This document shows, one piece after another, positions 9,982-19,500 of a stretch of DNA of 64,000 nucleotides. Source of the DNA: a bacterium (GTDB taxonomy: Bacteria > Fidelibacterota > Fidelibacteria > Fidelibacterales > Fidelibacteraceae); the NCBI GenBank assembly GCA_963676395.1, contig OY781066.1, positions 928,001 through 992,000 on the forward strand. Direction: 5' to 3'. The number at the start of each line of letters is the position of its first letter. Position 1 is the stretch's first letter. Position numbers and translations under genes: made by a program. The notes under the pieces were generated by a model. That model made no database searches, was not told where the DNA came from, and saw only the letters and a program-made list of their open reading frames with translations.

Positions 9982-10230
9982 TTATGAATTATCTTTGGTA
10001 TAACCGAAAATATAACCAGCAATTGCTCCTAAAACACCAAAAGCAGGAGCTAAATCAAGAGAATTATCGGGATACAAAGCAACCAACACAATAAATCCAC
10101 TAATAATTGTAATTCCATAAACTTTTAAGTTAAATGGACCAAAACCTGGCTTCATCTGTTTTTTAAGAAATATTATTGCAACTATTTCAATAACCACAAC
10201 TGCAATCAAAACGAAGTAATACATATGCAT
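9982..10230 (-). CDS. Small hypothetical membrane protein (about 3 TM)
   Basis: Three hydrophobic segments; LGAIAGYIFG; RBS-like GGGGA upstream. Confidence 0.6.
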   Translation of the reverse strand: MHMYYFVLIAVVVIEIVAIIFLKKQMKPGFGPFNLKVYGITIISGFIVLVALYPDNSLDLAPAFGVLGAIAGYIFGYTKDNS

Positions 10231-10247
10231 AAGCTTTCCCCTATTTA

Positions 10248-10763
10248 TTAATGATCAACGTTTTCATCTTCAAACCAAACAACAACAATACCATTATCTT
10301 CATGATATTGTTCAATGTAACTCGTCAATTCTTTTGAAGGTCGTTTAGGGTAAATAATTCCCGGGCAAACACTGATGTTACAATTAATATACTCATTGAT
10401 ATAATTGTAAATCTGACTCTGATGCCGATTTAAATTTCGTTTTATATTCTTAGAAAGAATTTTATCCCAAAATGTATTCTTAATCTCTAATATTGCAACC
10501 ATATCATCCATATCAGTTATTAGAATATCCATTCGACCTCTAGATAAAGAATGGATCTTACTATCATTTTTAAGAACTTTTTCTTTAAGAAATTCACCAC
10601 TCTTATTGGTCTTTTGCCAATGTTCTTGAACAAGCTTGTGAAAGCGTTTACCGGAGGCTAGGATTGGGGGTTGCAATACTTTAAGCTTTTTGAATTGCTT
10701 CTCCTTGGGTTTTGGTAACCTTTGTAGCTTTGCTATTCCCGGCACCTTTAACGGCCCATCCAT
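10248..10763 (-). CDS. PD-(D/E)XK-type nuclease-like protein; N-terminus uncertain or truncated
   Basis: GKRFHKLVQ, GRMDILI, LEIKN and QIYNY fit RecB-like motifs. The first ~28 codons overlap the DUF2188 gene out of frame, so the true start may be the TTG before QPPILASGK. Confidence 0.6.
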   Translation of the reverse strand: MDGPLKVPGIAKLQRLPKPKEKQFKKLKVLQPPILASGKRFHKLVQEHWQKTNKSGEFLKEKVLKNDSKIHSLSRGRMDILITDMDDMVAILEIKNTFWDKILSKNIKRNLNRHQSQIYNYINEYINCNISVCPGIIYPKRPSKELTSYIEQYHEDNGIVVVWFEDENVDH

Positions 10764-10803
10764 TTGGATGCTTAACGATATGTTGATTCTTACCTTTAGA
10801 CAT
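10681..10803 (-). pseudogene. Truncated DUF2188-family gene
   Basis: AAGGAG RBS, then MSKGKNQHIVKHPNGWAVKGAGNSKATKVTKTQGEAIQKA*. The family-like SIA follows the stop, but the usual C-terminal half is absent. Confidence 0.75.
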
Positions 10804-11126
10804 TTCGGTCTCCTTGCTATAAGGTTAACGTTTATGCGTAAATAAAATCACCTTAACATAAACTTGCCATTGCTTCATCTCTTCTCCTTTTTTCCCACGC
10901 TAATCAGCTGATATTAAGTTAGAAACAAAATACCGTATTATGCAAATAATAATATTATTTTTTTGTATTTTTACCATATAATGCATTTGTATTACTTTTT
11001 ACTATGATGGCAAATTCATTGTAGTATTTATACACTATGTTGCAGTAAGCAAAGTGATAATTCCAAAAACATTGCTCTATTCAACCCCTTCAGGCTTGAA
11101 TATAATACTGGATAAGGTGGACGCGG

Positions 11127-11154
11127 TTGACATTGTAAGCAATTGGGCTATTTT
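11127..11154 (+). promoter_or_regulatory. Sigma-70-like promoter TTGACA-N16-TATTTT
   Basis: Perfect -35 at 11127-11132 and a -10-like hexamer at 11149-11154, directly before the structured element. Confidence 0.45.
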
Positions 11155-11160
11155 ACATCA

Positions 11161-11355
11161 TCGTTACCGACTAACACGGACGCTCCCGGACGCGCAGCCG
11201 CTTTTACAGGTCGGTGGGAGTTTGTCTTGGTCTGTGTTAATCATTTGTACATGTTCTGGGCTAAATCTCCCAGAGATATTTGCTGTAAGGAACGGTCCAG
11301 TCTACGCTACCCTAGAGTATCCGGGCGCCTGACATGGCTCGACCGTTCTATACAG
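11161..11355 (+). ncRNA. Putative structured non-coding RNA of unknown class
   Basis: Three stems visible: 11172-11181/11230-11239 (with inner 11182-11187/11216-11221), 11255-11260/11269-11274 and 11283-11297/11341-11355. G-U pairs favour the + strand. Confidence 0.5.
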
Positions 11356-11365
11356 AGTGCTTAAT

Positions 11366-11977
11366 TCATTTGCGCCTTTCGGAGCGCACCCTATATATTC
11401 TTTCGGTAAAACCGCCATGCTCCTCGAAGTCGCTGGTGAGGTGATTGATTTGTTTTTGGAGAAGAAATTGGGAAACGGTTATTAATGTAATTGCTGCATT
11501 TGCGGCCATTTCGGGGTAGACTGCAGTGGACACTGTGGATTTGGTGGATGTTTGGCCGCTCGCTTTACTAAGTCTATAGCGTCCACTATTGTCCACGACC
11601 CACTGAGCAACTTCATCTGCAGTTTTACAGCGAGCATCTACCAGATTTTGTCTAAAGATATCATCTCTTTCCCAAAGCTCCAAGCCTCTCTGCCTCAAAT
11701 AATCTTCATAGTCTAATTTCAGTTCTTCCAAACTGGCGCGCGCAACATTGGTAAGTTTAATTTCGAATTTCTTGGAGGTACCTGAGGCTTCTGAGCCTTC
11801 GGCAATATTTTGCACACCCGAGCGAGCGGCTTGTACCATTTGGTCGTGAGTGCGACTGCGTATTGATATGTAATTATCGCAAAATCGCACGGTGATATCG
11901 TAAACCAATCGAGCCAATTGAAACGACTTTAGTTTTCGGTAACCGCCATACTTGGGCAATAAAGGTTCCTTTGCCAT
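11366..11977 (-). CDS. Four-helix-bundle protein (23S rRNA IVP-like) with four-helix-bundle suffix domain
   Basis: GGYRKLKSFQ, RSRTHDQMVQAARSGVQNIAEG, LTNVARASLEELKLDYEDYLRQ; suffix AANAA...F..HGGFTERIYRVR. Confidence 0.9.
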   Translation of the reverse strand: MAKEPLLPKYGGYRKLKSFQLARLVYDITVRFCDNYISIRSRTHDQMVQAARSGVQNIAEGSEASGTSKKFEIKLTNVARASLEELKLDYEDYLRQRGLELWERDDIFRQNLVDARCKTADEVAQWVVDNSGRYRLSKASGQTSTKSTVSTAVYPEMAANAAITLITVSQFLLQKQINHLTSDFEEHGGFTERIYRVRSERRK

Positions 11978-12177
11978 GTTTCGTCCCCATGATTTTCTAT
12001 GGCAAAATAAGCAGGTATTATTAAGGTAGCAATGACTCTCTTTAAAGTGTGATGTGGGTCACATTTTTCTTTAGCAAACAACACAAACCCAAAGGAGTTG
12101 GATAGTATAATTTATATATCAGAAACGATCATCTCGAGGAATGTCGGGATTCTCTTCATATTGTAATTCTATTAAAC

Positions 12178-12810
12178 CTAAAATTTAACTCCTACTCCCA
12201 ACTCAATAATATGCTTTATGCGATCGGAATTAATATAGTCATCAATCTTGTACCCAAAGCTGATAGCTGTAGATCCTTTGAGACGCCAATTCAAACCGGC
12301 ACCATAACGCAATTTATGCGTCCCGTTTTCAAGGCCATAATAAAGCTCTGCCACAGCATAAGGATCAATCTTTGATCTCCGAATATTATAAGCTCCTTTA
12401 ATGCGAACACGCAAAAAATTTGATAGTCCGTCATCTTCATTGTAATTCGTATACATTACCCTGAGTGCCGGAGTAAAACGACCTATTTCATGTTCGGCTT
12501 CAGAATAAACGGTGATACGATGGGCCAATTCGGTTTCACTGCTATCCTTGAAATTAAATACAGCTTTGTAAGCTACCCCCATATCCAAGACTTTAAGAAG
12601 AGAATATTTGGCTTCAATTTCTCCCAAGGCTTTATCAATACCGTTTTCATCCAATCGTAATTCGGGGACAAGGTAAACCTTTACTTTCTTGATAGGAGAA
12701 AATCGTAAACTTAGGGATACGCGGGATTCGGTTTCGCTTTCGGCATATAAGCCAACGATCATCAGACTTAGTAGTGCGACAGGTGTAAATTTCTTGAAAA
12801 AATTAAACAT
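12178..12810 (-). CDS. DUF2490-like outer-membrane beta-barrel protein
   Basis: Signal peptide, beta pattern, PYAVAELYY, KLRYGAG, terminal F; typical neighbour of DUF4956/VTC. Confidence 0.75.
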   Translation of the reverse strand: MFNFFKKFTPVALLSLMIVGLYAESETESRVSLSLRFSPIKKVKVYLVPELRLDENGIDKALGEIEAKYSLLKVLDMGVAYKAVFNFKDSSETELAHRITVYSEAEHEIGRFTPALRVMYTNYNEDDGLSNFLRVRIKGAYNIRRSKIDPYAVAELYYGLENGTHKLRYGAGLNWRLKGSTAISFGYKIDDYINSDRIKHIIELGVGVKF

Positions 12811-12813
12811 AAA

Positions 12814-13512
12814 TCAATTTTCTTCCGGAGTAATATGTTCTTGGTCGTCTTCATAATAGTACAAGGTCAAATCAGCAATATCACGCAGATAATCGATCTT
12901 TTGCAAGGTGTAGTGTGTAACATTAATACCGGTACGCTCGCGAATATCTTGCAACAAAGCTTCTTCATCTTTCTTGTGAATCAACTCGATCTTTTCATAT
13001 CGCATGCGAATACTTAACTCGCGACGTGGATTAAATAGTTTTTCAAGAAAAAACAAACCCACCACAACGGCTGCATTCGTTAAGGCCAGTTCAACATAAG
13101 AGACTTTTTTATTCGCCAGCGCATTAATGACGGCAACACCGATGATCACAAACAAATAGGTCATTTCCTTGATTGGAATAGTATCGGTTCGATACCGAAT
13201 AATACCAAAAACAGCAAACAAACCCAGCGCGAACCCCAGCTGAAGTTTAACACTGCTTAGTAAAAAAGTCAGCAAAAACACCGTACCGCCAATAGCTAAA
13301 AAACTTAGAGCAAATTGCTTGGAATTTCCCCTTTTGTTATAAATTTTCCATACAATTAGAAAAATTACGAGCATACAAAAAGAAAATCGCAGTACTAACT
13401 CCAAGGTATCGGCCACATTAATTAATCGAATATCTAAAAAGCGGACATTCTCAAAAAGATCGTTGAGTGCGACAGTCTGTCTTGTACTGTCTGCTGCAAA
13501 TAAATATCCCAT
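12814..13512 (-). CDS. DUF4956 membrane protein
   Basis: GFALGLFAVFGIIRYRTDTIPIKEMTYLF. Confidence 0.88.
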   Translation of the reverse strand: MGYLFAADSTRQTVALNDLFENVRFLDIRLINVADTLELVLRFSFCMLVIFLIVWKIYNKRGNSKQFALSFLAIGGTVFLLTFLLSSVKLQLGFALGLFAVFGIIRYRTDTIPIKEMTYLFVIIGVAVINALANKKVSYVELALTNAAVVVGLFFLEKLFNPRRELSIRMRYEKIELIHKKDEEALLQDIRERTGINVTHYTLQKIDYLRDIADLTLYYYEDDQEHITPEEN

Positions 13513-13519
13513 AACTCAC

Positions 13520-14299
13520 CTATATGTTGTAAAGATCCGGTTGATCAAGCAACTTACCGATCTCCCGAATCCTTTGTTTAAATCTATTTCTCTTAATATT
13601 TTTATCGGTCAGCACACGCCCCACACAATATTTACTAAAGCCACCCGACTTAATACGTGCATCGCGCAAATAGCGTTTCAAGGATGTGTCCTTCGCCCCT
13701 TTTTCTGATTTCAATTCAAGAATGACTAAAGCATTCATATCAACATCCTGATCGACACCTGAAAAAATCAGATCAATATCAATGGTAGCACGTTCTTTCA
13801 TGTCCTTATTAATGAGAGTCATTCGTGTAAATGTATTTTTCAAAGAAGGTAAAAGCTGTTCATCACAAAAGATCGACCGATCACAGATAAATTTTCCTTC
13901 TTCATCTGTAAAATCCTCTGTTTTATCCGTCGACTTAACACGTTTCTTGATCGTTCGTCCCTGATTGGTTTTAAATTTCACCTCAAGGAAATGATCATCG
14001 GAATCTATGTAATCACGACGGCGAATCTTATATCGATTCAATTTACCGTTGTGATGCAGCGTATACATTTTATTATCCGCTGTATCGAAATACTGCGTGA
14101 CATACTGTTGCCATTGACGACCTTCAATGGTCTGGATCATGTAATCATTCTTAACAGCATTGAAAAGTGCCGGTAATTCCGAGGTATGGAACCAGTATTT
14201 TTTATCCACACGGTTCATCATACGCACTTTTGCCGCTTCTTCAAGAGGGAGCACCTGCATCCCTAAACCCTGAACTATGTTAAATACATTCTCTGACAT
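13520..14299 (-). CDS. VTC / polyphosphate polymerase domain protein (CYTH-like)
   Basis: MNRVDKKY, YFDT, RYKIRRR.Y, FLEVK.K, ERATID, ILELK, FSKYC. Confidence 0.88.
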   Translation of the reverse strand: MSENVFNIVQGLGMQVLPLEEAAKVRMMNRVDKKYWFHTSELPALFNAVKNDYMIQTIEGRQWQQYVTQYFDTADNKMYTLHHNGKLNRYKIRRRDYIDSDDHFLEVKFKTNQGRTIKKRVKSTDKTEDFTDEEGKFICDRSIFCDEQLLPSLKNTFTRMTLINKDMKERATIDIDLIFSGVDQDVDMNALVILELKSEKGAKDTSLKRYLRDARIKSGGFSKYCVGRVLTDKNIKRNRFKQRIREIGKLLDQPDLYNI

Positions 14300-14491
14300 A
14301 ATATTAATCCGATTACAAACTTAAATATAGCCAAAATAAGACTTTATGCGCAAGACTTAACTTCCTGAGATTCAGCCTTCAATCTTGTAACAAAGGGAAC
14401 GTTAAAAACTTGCTAAAAATTATTGATTACATAATATATTTTGGACATAATTATTCTATAAAACAATCGCGACTGTTCGCTGCATATCGGG

Positions 14492-15067
14492 TTAATATTC
14501 CTTCATTGCAGAGATAAGATAATTATGCTCAAAGGTATGATTGATCTTTACATCACAAAAACCTGCAGCAAGTAATTGCGTTTCCACGTCAAGTGGCTCA
14601 ACACGGATATCCATAGGTGGGCCAAACCCCGCTTCGATCTTTTTCCAGTCCGAGATAAGCATTTTTCCACCGGGACAAAGGCATCTATAGCACCCTCGCA
14701 GTACATCCATATGATCATCCAATTCATGATGCAAATTAATACTGATAAAAACATCCACGCTGTCGTTTTCCAACGGAATACTTCCGGGCTGCATAAGCAC
14801 AGGTTCCAAAGCGGAATATTCTCCGGTAAGATTCTCTTTCATGTAGGTGATCATAAATTCGGAAATATCCAATGCGATCACTCGGCTGCCCGGAAACAGC
14901 TTAGTCCATTCTTTAGAATAAAAACCTGTGCCCGCACCAAGATCAGCGACAGTTTTTACATCCAAACCTCCGGCAGCCTCCTTGAAATCCTTAGGCGGCA
15001 GCGCTTTGAAGCGTAAAGGATTATTGAGTTTCTCGAATTTTTTGCTATTGAATTGTTTTTGATTCAT
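14492..15067 (-). CDS. Class I SAM-dependent methyltransferase
   Basis: VADLGAGTG; ALDIS; NLHHE; GPP motif. Confidence 0.85.
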   Translation of the reverse strand: MNQKQFNSKKFEKLNNPLRFKALPPKDFKEAAGGLDVKTVADLGAGTGFYSKEWTKLFPGSRVIALDISEFMITYMKENLTGEYSALEPVLMQPGSIPLENDSVDVFISINLHHELDDHMDVLRGCYRCLCPGGKMLISDWKKIEAGFGPPMDIRVEPLDVETQLLAAGFCDVKINHTFEHNYLISAMKEY

Positions 15068-15168
15068 GGAAGTTGAATTGGGGTTTCAAACCTTTGTTCC
15101 GATTAACATCGCGTAAAGAGCAATTGCACCGAAGCTTCGAGGTTCCTTACATATACTTGTTTCAAGGT

Positions 15169-15408
15169 CTATTTTTCCTCTTCTGGCGACAACAATTCCA
15201 CCACTTTTTCCAAGTCACTTTCTGCGACATGTAATTCAATTTCGGTAAAAGCGGATTGTGGTACACGAAAATTTTGGGAAGGAGCGGTATTAGATGCCCA
15301 AAATTCAATGCCTGCCCGCTCAAGTGTTTCGCTTGCGACTGTAAACAGGTACTTATCAAAATAGGTTCGATACAATACAAATTTTTTGTCTTCCATTGTA
15401 CTCTCCAT
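15169..15408 (-). CDS. DUF2007-like small protein
   Basis: A..LERAGI ... IELHV..SDLEK pattern. Confidence 0.6.
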   Translation of the reverse strand: MESTMEDKKFVLYRTYFDKYLFTVASETLERAGIEFWASNTAPSQNFRVPQSAFTEIELHVAESDLEKVVELLSPEEEK

Positions 15409-15409
15409 T

Positions 15410-15832
15410 TTACAACCTAAGGTCTTTTTCGCTAAAGGCTAGAATTGCTCCCGGCAACAAATGAGCAAAAAGCAATAAACCGGCCCCAAGAATTACCGAA
15501 AGTTGAATATCGAATAGAACAAAAACATAAATAATGATCATCACAAAAATTGTGAATATTGCATAAGCCAAGCGCAGGATTTTACCGGACAGTTGAATTT
15601 CACGTTCATCTAAAGAGTCAAAATTATGAGTAAATTTCCATAATCCTGTTACAAAAAAACCGAAAACGTAGGAGATGATTGATAATACAAGGGATGAAAT
15701 ACTGACAATTCTAAGCGAGATAGTCCAGCCTAAGTTCACACCCAATTCATAGGCTGTGATGAGAATAAATAAGCAAATAACCGTAAGCATTACCCAAAAT
15801 CTAACAGTGATGATGTTTATATTTTTATTCAT
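15410..15832 (-). CDS. Hypothetical membrane protein (DUF2178-like, LDERE motif)
   Basis: Four TM segments; SLDEREIQ; coupled to the XRE gene. Confidence 0.65.
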   Translation of the reverse strand: MNKNINIITVRFWVMLTVICLFILITAYELGVNLGWTISLRIVSISSLVLSIISYVFGFFVTGLWKFTHNFDSLDEREIQLSGKILRLAYAIFTIFVMIIIYVFVLFDIQLSVILGAGLLLFAHLLPGAILAFSEKDLRL

Positions 15833-16088
15833 TGTTTAGCCCCTTTGACCTTTGTCTCAGCAGATCCGCCAACGACGGAAAAGGCTTGCTTGAAAAAATG
15901 GCGTCCACCGGCACATCGAAAACGTCTGCAATACGAAAAGCCAGATCGAGACTAGGGTTATATTCCTCACGTTCCAGATAACCGATAGTTTGAAAATTAA
16001 CACCGATTATTTTGGCAAGTTCGGCTCTAGACATCCCCTGTTCTTTACGGAGAATCATGATACGATTATAGATTTTTCTGTTTTTCAT
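15825..16088 (-). CDS. XRE-family HTH transcriptional regulator
   Basis: NRIMILR...SRAELAKIIGVNFQTIGYLEREEYNPSLDLA. Confidence 0.92.
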   Translation of the reverse strand: MKNRKIYNRIMILRKEQGMSRAELAKIIGVNFQTIGYLEREEYNPSLDLAFRIADVFDVPVDAIFSSKPFPSLADLLRQRSKGLNNE

Positions 16089-16143
16089 GATGATAATATA
16101 GGATGTTTTATTGTATATTTACAATATTTTATTTTAACTATCG

Positions 16144-16182
16144 AACCGAGTCGGTTGGATATCGAATAAACCGAGTCGGTTG
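16144..16182. promoter_or_regulatory. Two copies of palindrome AACCGAGTCGGTT, 25 bp apart
   Basis: 16144-16156 and 16169-16181, each preceded by TATCGAA; lies between the divergent XRE and hut promoters. Confidence 0.6.
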
Positions 16183-16205
16183 TTTTATTACCATTCACAC
16201 TATAC

Positions 16206-16234
16206 TTGATATTGAAATCTATTCTCCCTATATT
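16206..16234 (+). promoter_or_regulatory. Putative hut operon promoter TTGATA-N17-TATATT
   Basis: Spacing and position 41 bp upstream of the hutH start, which has an AAGGAG RBS. Confidence 0.55.
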
Positions 16235-16275
16235 TCTCCCGAAGTTATTATTTAGTTACCAAATAAGGAGTTGTC

Positions 16276-17796
16276 ATGCTGCGCATCGATGGCCATTCAT
16301 TGACGCTGGATGATGTTTTGCGCGTTGCCCGAAATGGGGAACGAGTCGGTCTTGCCGATAAAGCTTATGTTCATATCAAAGCGTCCCGCGATTATGTTAA
16401 AAAGTTATTAGAAGAAGAAGCTGTTGTATATGGTATCACCACGGGTGTCGGTGAATTATCAAACCATTACATTCCACCAAAAAAAGCTATCCAATTACAG
16501 GAAAATCTCATTCGTTCTCATGCCTCAAATGTAGGCAAACCTCTCGAAGAAGATACAGTCCGTGCTATGGTATTGCTTCGTGCCAATGCTCTTGCCAAAG
16601 GTTTTTCCGGTGTCCGAATGGTCCTGATCCAAACCCTTCTTGAAATTATTAATAAGGATATCTACCCCTATATTCCGGCCAAAGGATCCGTGGGTGCCAG
16701 TGGAGATCTTTCTCCTCTGTCTCACCTTGCGCTTATCCTAACAGGTCAAGGTGAATGCCTTGTAAAAGGCAAACGAATTAATGCCGAAAAGGTGTTGATC
16801 GAAAAGGGGATTAAGCCTTTGCAACTGCAAGCTAAAGAAGGACTGGCACTGATCAATGGCACACAGGTCATGGCAGCACACGGTTGCCTGACTCTCTGTG
16901 ATGCTTATACTCTTATCAAGCAAGCACAGGTCGCAGGGGCTATGAGTCTTGAAGCTCTCAAAGGAACTGCTCGTGCCATGGATGCACGCATTCATGCTGC
17001 ACGACCACATAAAGGTCAGTCATACATTGCTGCCAATATTCGAAAATTGGTAAAAGATTCCGAGATCATAGCATCGCACGAAAATTGCGAAAAAGTTCAA
17101 GATGCCTATACCCTGCGCTGTATGCCACAGGTCTATGGCGCGGTCTATGATACGTTGGAGTACGTTAAAACAGTCTTCGAAACCGAGATCAATTCGGCCA
17201 CCGATAATCCACTGATATTTGCCGATGATAAAGAAGTGATCTCCGGTGGAAATTTTCATGGTGAGCCTCTGGCTTTTGCTTTGGATTTTCTTGGTATTGT
17301 TCTGTCTGAGATCGCAAATATTTCCGAACGTACAGTCGATAGGCTGGTAAATCCACATGTATCGGGACTCCCTCCATTTCTTGCGGAAGGAAACGGTTTG
17401 AACTCGGGCTATATGATCGCACAGTATACTGCAGCAGCACTGGTTTCCGAAAATAAGGTGCTGGCACACCCGGCATCTGTGGATTCTATTCCGACTTCAG
17501 CCGGCCAGGAAGACCATGTAAGCATGGGTTCCATTTCTGCTGAGCATGCACGCACAATATTACAAAATGTGGTCAATGTACTGGCTATCGAAATGTTATC
17601 AGCAACTCAGGGTATCGACTTCCAACAACCATTGAATGCAGGCAAGGGAACCAAGGCCGCTTGGAAATACATCCGCAAGCATATCCCTCACTGGGAAGAA
17701 GATCGCATTATGTACAAGGATATTGAGAAAATGGCGGAAATTATCCGTAATGAAGATATTTTGAGAGAATTGGAAAAAGAAGGAATTCGACTATGA
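16276..17796 (+). CDS. hutH: Histidine ammonia-lyase
   Basis: [17 protein letters not shown] (MIO ASG); [22 protein letters not shown]. Confidence 0.97.
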   Translation: MLRIDGHSLTLDDVLRVARNGERVGLADKAYVHIKASRDYVKKLLEEEAVVYGITTGVGELSNHYIPPKKAIQLQENLIRSHASNVGKPLEEDTVRAMVLLRANALAKGFSGVRMVLIQTLLEIINKDIYPYIPAKGSVGASGDLSPLSHLALILTGQGECLVKGKRINAEKVLIEKGIKPLQLQAKEGLALINGTQVMAAHGCLTLCDAYTLIKQAQVAGAMSLEALKGTARAMDARIHAARPHKGQSYIAANIRKLVKDSEIIASHENCEKVQDAYTLRCMPQVYGAVYDTLEYVKTVFETEINSATDNPLIFADDKEVISGGNFHGEPLAFALDFLGIVLSEIANISERTVDRLVNPHVSGLPPFLAEGNGLNSGYMIAQYTAAALVSENKVLAHPASVDSIPTSAGQEDHVSMGSISAEHARTILQNVVNVLAIEMLSATQGIDFQQPLNAGKGTKAAWKYIRKHIPHWEEDRIMYKDIEKMAEIIRNEDILRELEKEGIRL

Positions 17797-19496
17797 GCTT
17801 AAGGCCTATGTATCCGGAATTTCGTCCGCGGGGAACTATCAAGGCCAAGTGCGGCAATACATTGGAATGCAAAACATGGGAGATTGAAGCAGCACTTCGT
17901 ATGCTGAACAATAATCTCGATCCTGAAAATTGTCTTATTCCCGAAGATCTGATCGTCTACGGTGGCTCAGGTCGCGCTGCGCGAAATTGGAAAGCCTACC
18001 GCCAAACCGTAGATGCGCTTAAAAACTTGCAAGAAGATGAAACCCTGCTCATGCAATCGGGAAAACCCGTGGGTGTTATTCGTTCACATCCCTACTCTCC
18101 GCGTGTTCTCATCGCAAATTCCAATATCGTTCCCAAATGGTCTACGCAGGATAATTTCGACCGTTATGATAAAATGGGCCTCACCATGTACGGTCAAATG
18201 ACAGCCGGCTCTTGGATTTATATCGGCACACAGGGAATTTTGCAGGGGACCTATCAAACCCTTGCGGCTCTCGCCGAACAGCATTACGGCAGTGACCTTG
18301 CGGGTAAGTGGGTGCTGACCGGGGGTCTTGGTGGTATGAGCGGCGCTCAACCTTTATCGGTTACTATGAATAATGGTGTGGTTATCAATGTAGAAGTCGA
18401 CCCCGTGCGTGCCAAACGCCGAGTCGACGAAGGTTACTGCATGAAATATACCGAATCACTTGATGAATCCATCGCCTGGATGCAGGAAGCGGTGAAAGCC
18501 AAGAAACCCATGTCCATCGCGCTGGTCGGCAACTGCGCTGAAACGCACCCCGAACTGGTAAAGCGCGGTATCATTCCGGATATCGTCACCGATCAAACAT
18601 CGTCTCATGCTCTCTTGGATTATGTTCCTGTCGGCGATCTGAGTAATTTAAGAAAAATGCACGATGAAGATCCCGAGACGTATAAAAAATTATCTATGGA
18701 AGCGATTATTAAACACGAAGAAGCTATTCTTGAGATGCAAAAACAGGGTGCCATTGCTTTTGATTATGGTAACAATCTGCGCGGCCAAGCCGAAGAAGGT
18801 GGTCTCACGGTTCGCGATAATAAGGGTAAATTCTTCTATCCCGGTTTTGTGCCTGCTTATATTCGTCCGCTCTTTTGTGAAGGCCGCGGTCCTTACCGTT
18901 GGGTTGCGCTTTCCGGTGACAAAAGCGATATCGATAAACTGGACGATCTTGTTTTAGAGCTTTTTCCACATGATGAAATTCTATCTCGTTGGATCGCGCT
19001 GGCGAAAGATCAAGTACCACAACTCGGCTTGCCAAATCGCGTCTGTTGGCTGGGTCTCGGCGAACGTGCCGAATTCGCGCTGCGCATGAACAAAATGGTC
19101 GCTAGCGGAGAACTGAAAGCACCCATCGTGATCGGTCGCGATCACCTAGATTGCGGATCCGTAGCATCGCCCAACCGCGAGACCGAAGATATGCTGGACG
19201 GATCCGACGCCATTGCCGATTGGCCTTTGCTGAACGCACTGGTTAATACCGCATGCGGTGCCGACTGGGTAAGCTTACACAACGGCGGTGGTGTGGGGAT
19301 AGGTAATTCCACGCATGCCGGACAGGTCATCGTAGCCACAGGCGCCAAAGAAAAAGCCATCCGTCTGCAACGCGTCCTCGATGCCGATCCCATGATGGGG
19401 ATTTTCAGGCATGTGGATGCGAGATATGAGCATGCGAAAGATTTTGCAAAAAAACTCAAAGTAAATATTCCGAGTGAAAAAGAAATTGAGCACTAA
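17793..19496 (+). CDS. hutU: Urocanate hydratase
   Basis: [39 protein letters not shown]. Confidence 0.97.
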   Translation: MSLRPMYPEFRPRGTIKAKCGNTLECKTWEIEAALRMLNNNLDPENCLIPEDLIVYGGSGRAARNWKAYRQTVDALKNLQEDETLLMQSGKPVGVIRSHPYSPRVLIANSNIVPKWSTQDNFDRYDKMGLTMYGQMTAGSWIYIGTQGILQGTYQTLAALAEQHYGSDLAGKWVLTGGLGGMSGAQPLSVTMNNGVVINVEVDPVRAKRRVDEGYCMKYTESLDESIAWMQEAVKAKKPMSIALVGNCAETHPELVKRGIIPDIVTDQTSSHALLDYVPVGDLSNLRKMHDEDPETYKKLSMEAIIKHEEAILEMQKQGAIAFDYGNNLRGQAEEGGLTVRDNKGKFFYPGFVPAYIRPLFCEGRGPYRWVALSGDKSDIDKLDDLVLELFPHDEILSRWIALAKDQVPQLGLPNRVCWLGLGERAEFALRMNKMVASGELKAPIVIGRDHLDCGSVASPNRETEDMLDGSDAIADWPLLNALVNTACGADWVSLHNGGGVGIGNSTHAGQVIVATGAKEKAIRLQRVLDADPMMGIFRHVDARYEHAKDFAKKLKVNIPSEKEIEH

Positions 19497-19500
19497 AAAG

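Noticed and set aside
9915..10022. N-terminal extension of SRAP in the ORF track
   Set aside because: SRAP needs Cys at position 2, and the extension overlaps the upstream gene.
9982..10860. Integron cassette array
   Set aside because: No intI; spacers between the small genes are too short or lack attC R''/R' boxes.
10826..10950. Chromosomal dif site
   Set aside because: XerC- and XerD-like words are in the wrong order or degenerate, and the locus is only about 33 kb from the probable oriC.
11054..11364. ORFs 11054-11332 and 11143-11364 as proteins
   Set aside because: Non-ATG starts, no RBS, no recognisable motifs; the region is better explained as structured RNA.
11366..11977. Diversity-generating retroelement (four-helix bundle as Avd) or retron
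   Set aside because: No reverse transcriptase in the window and no TR/VR repeat pair noticed; the protein has the IVP-type suffix domain.
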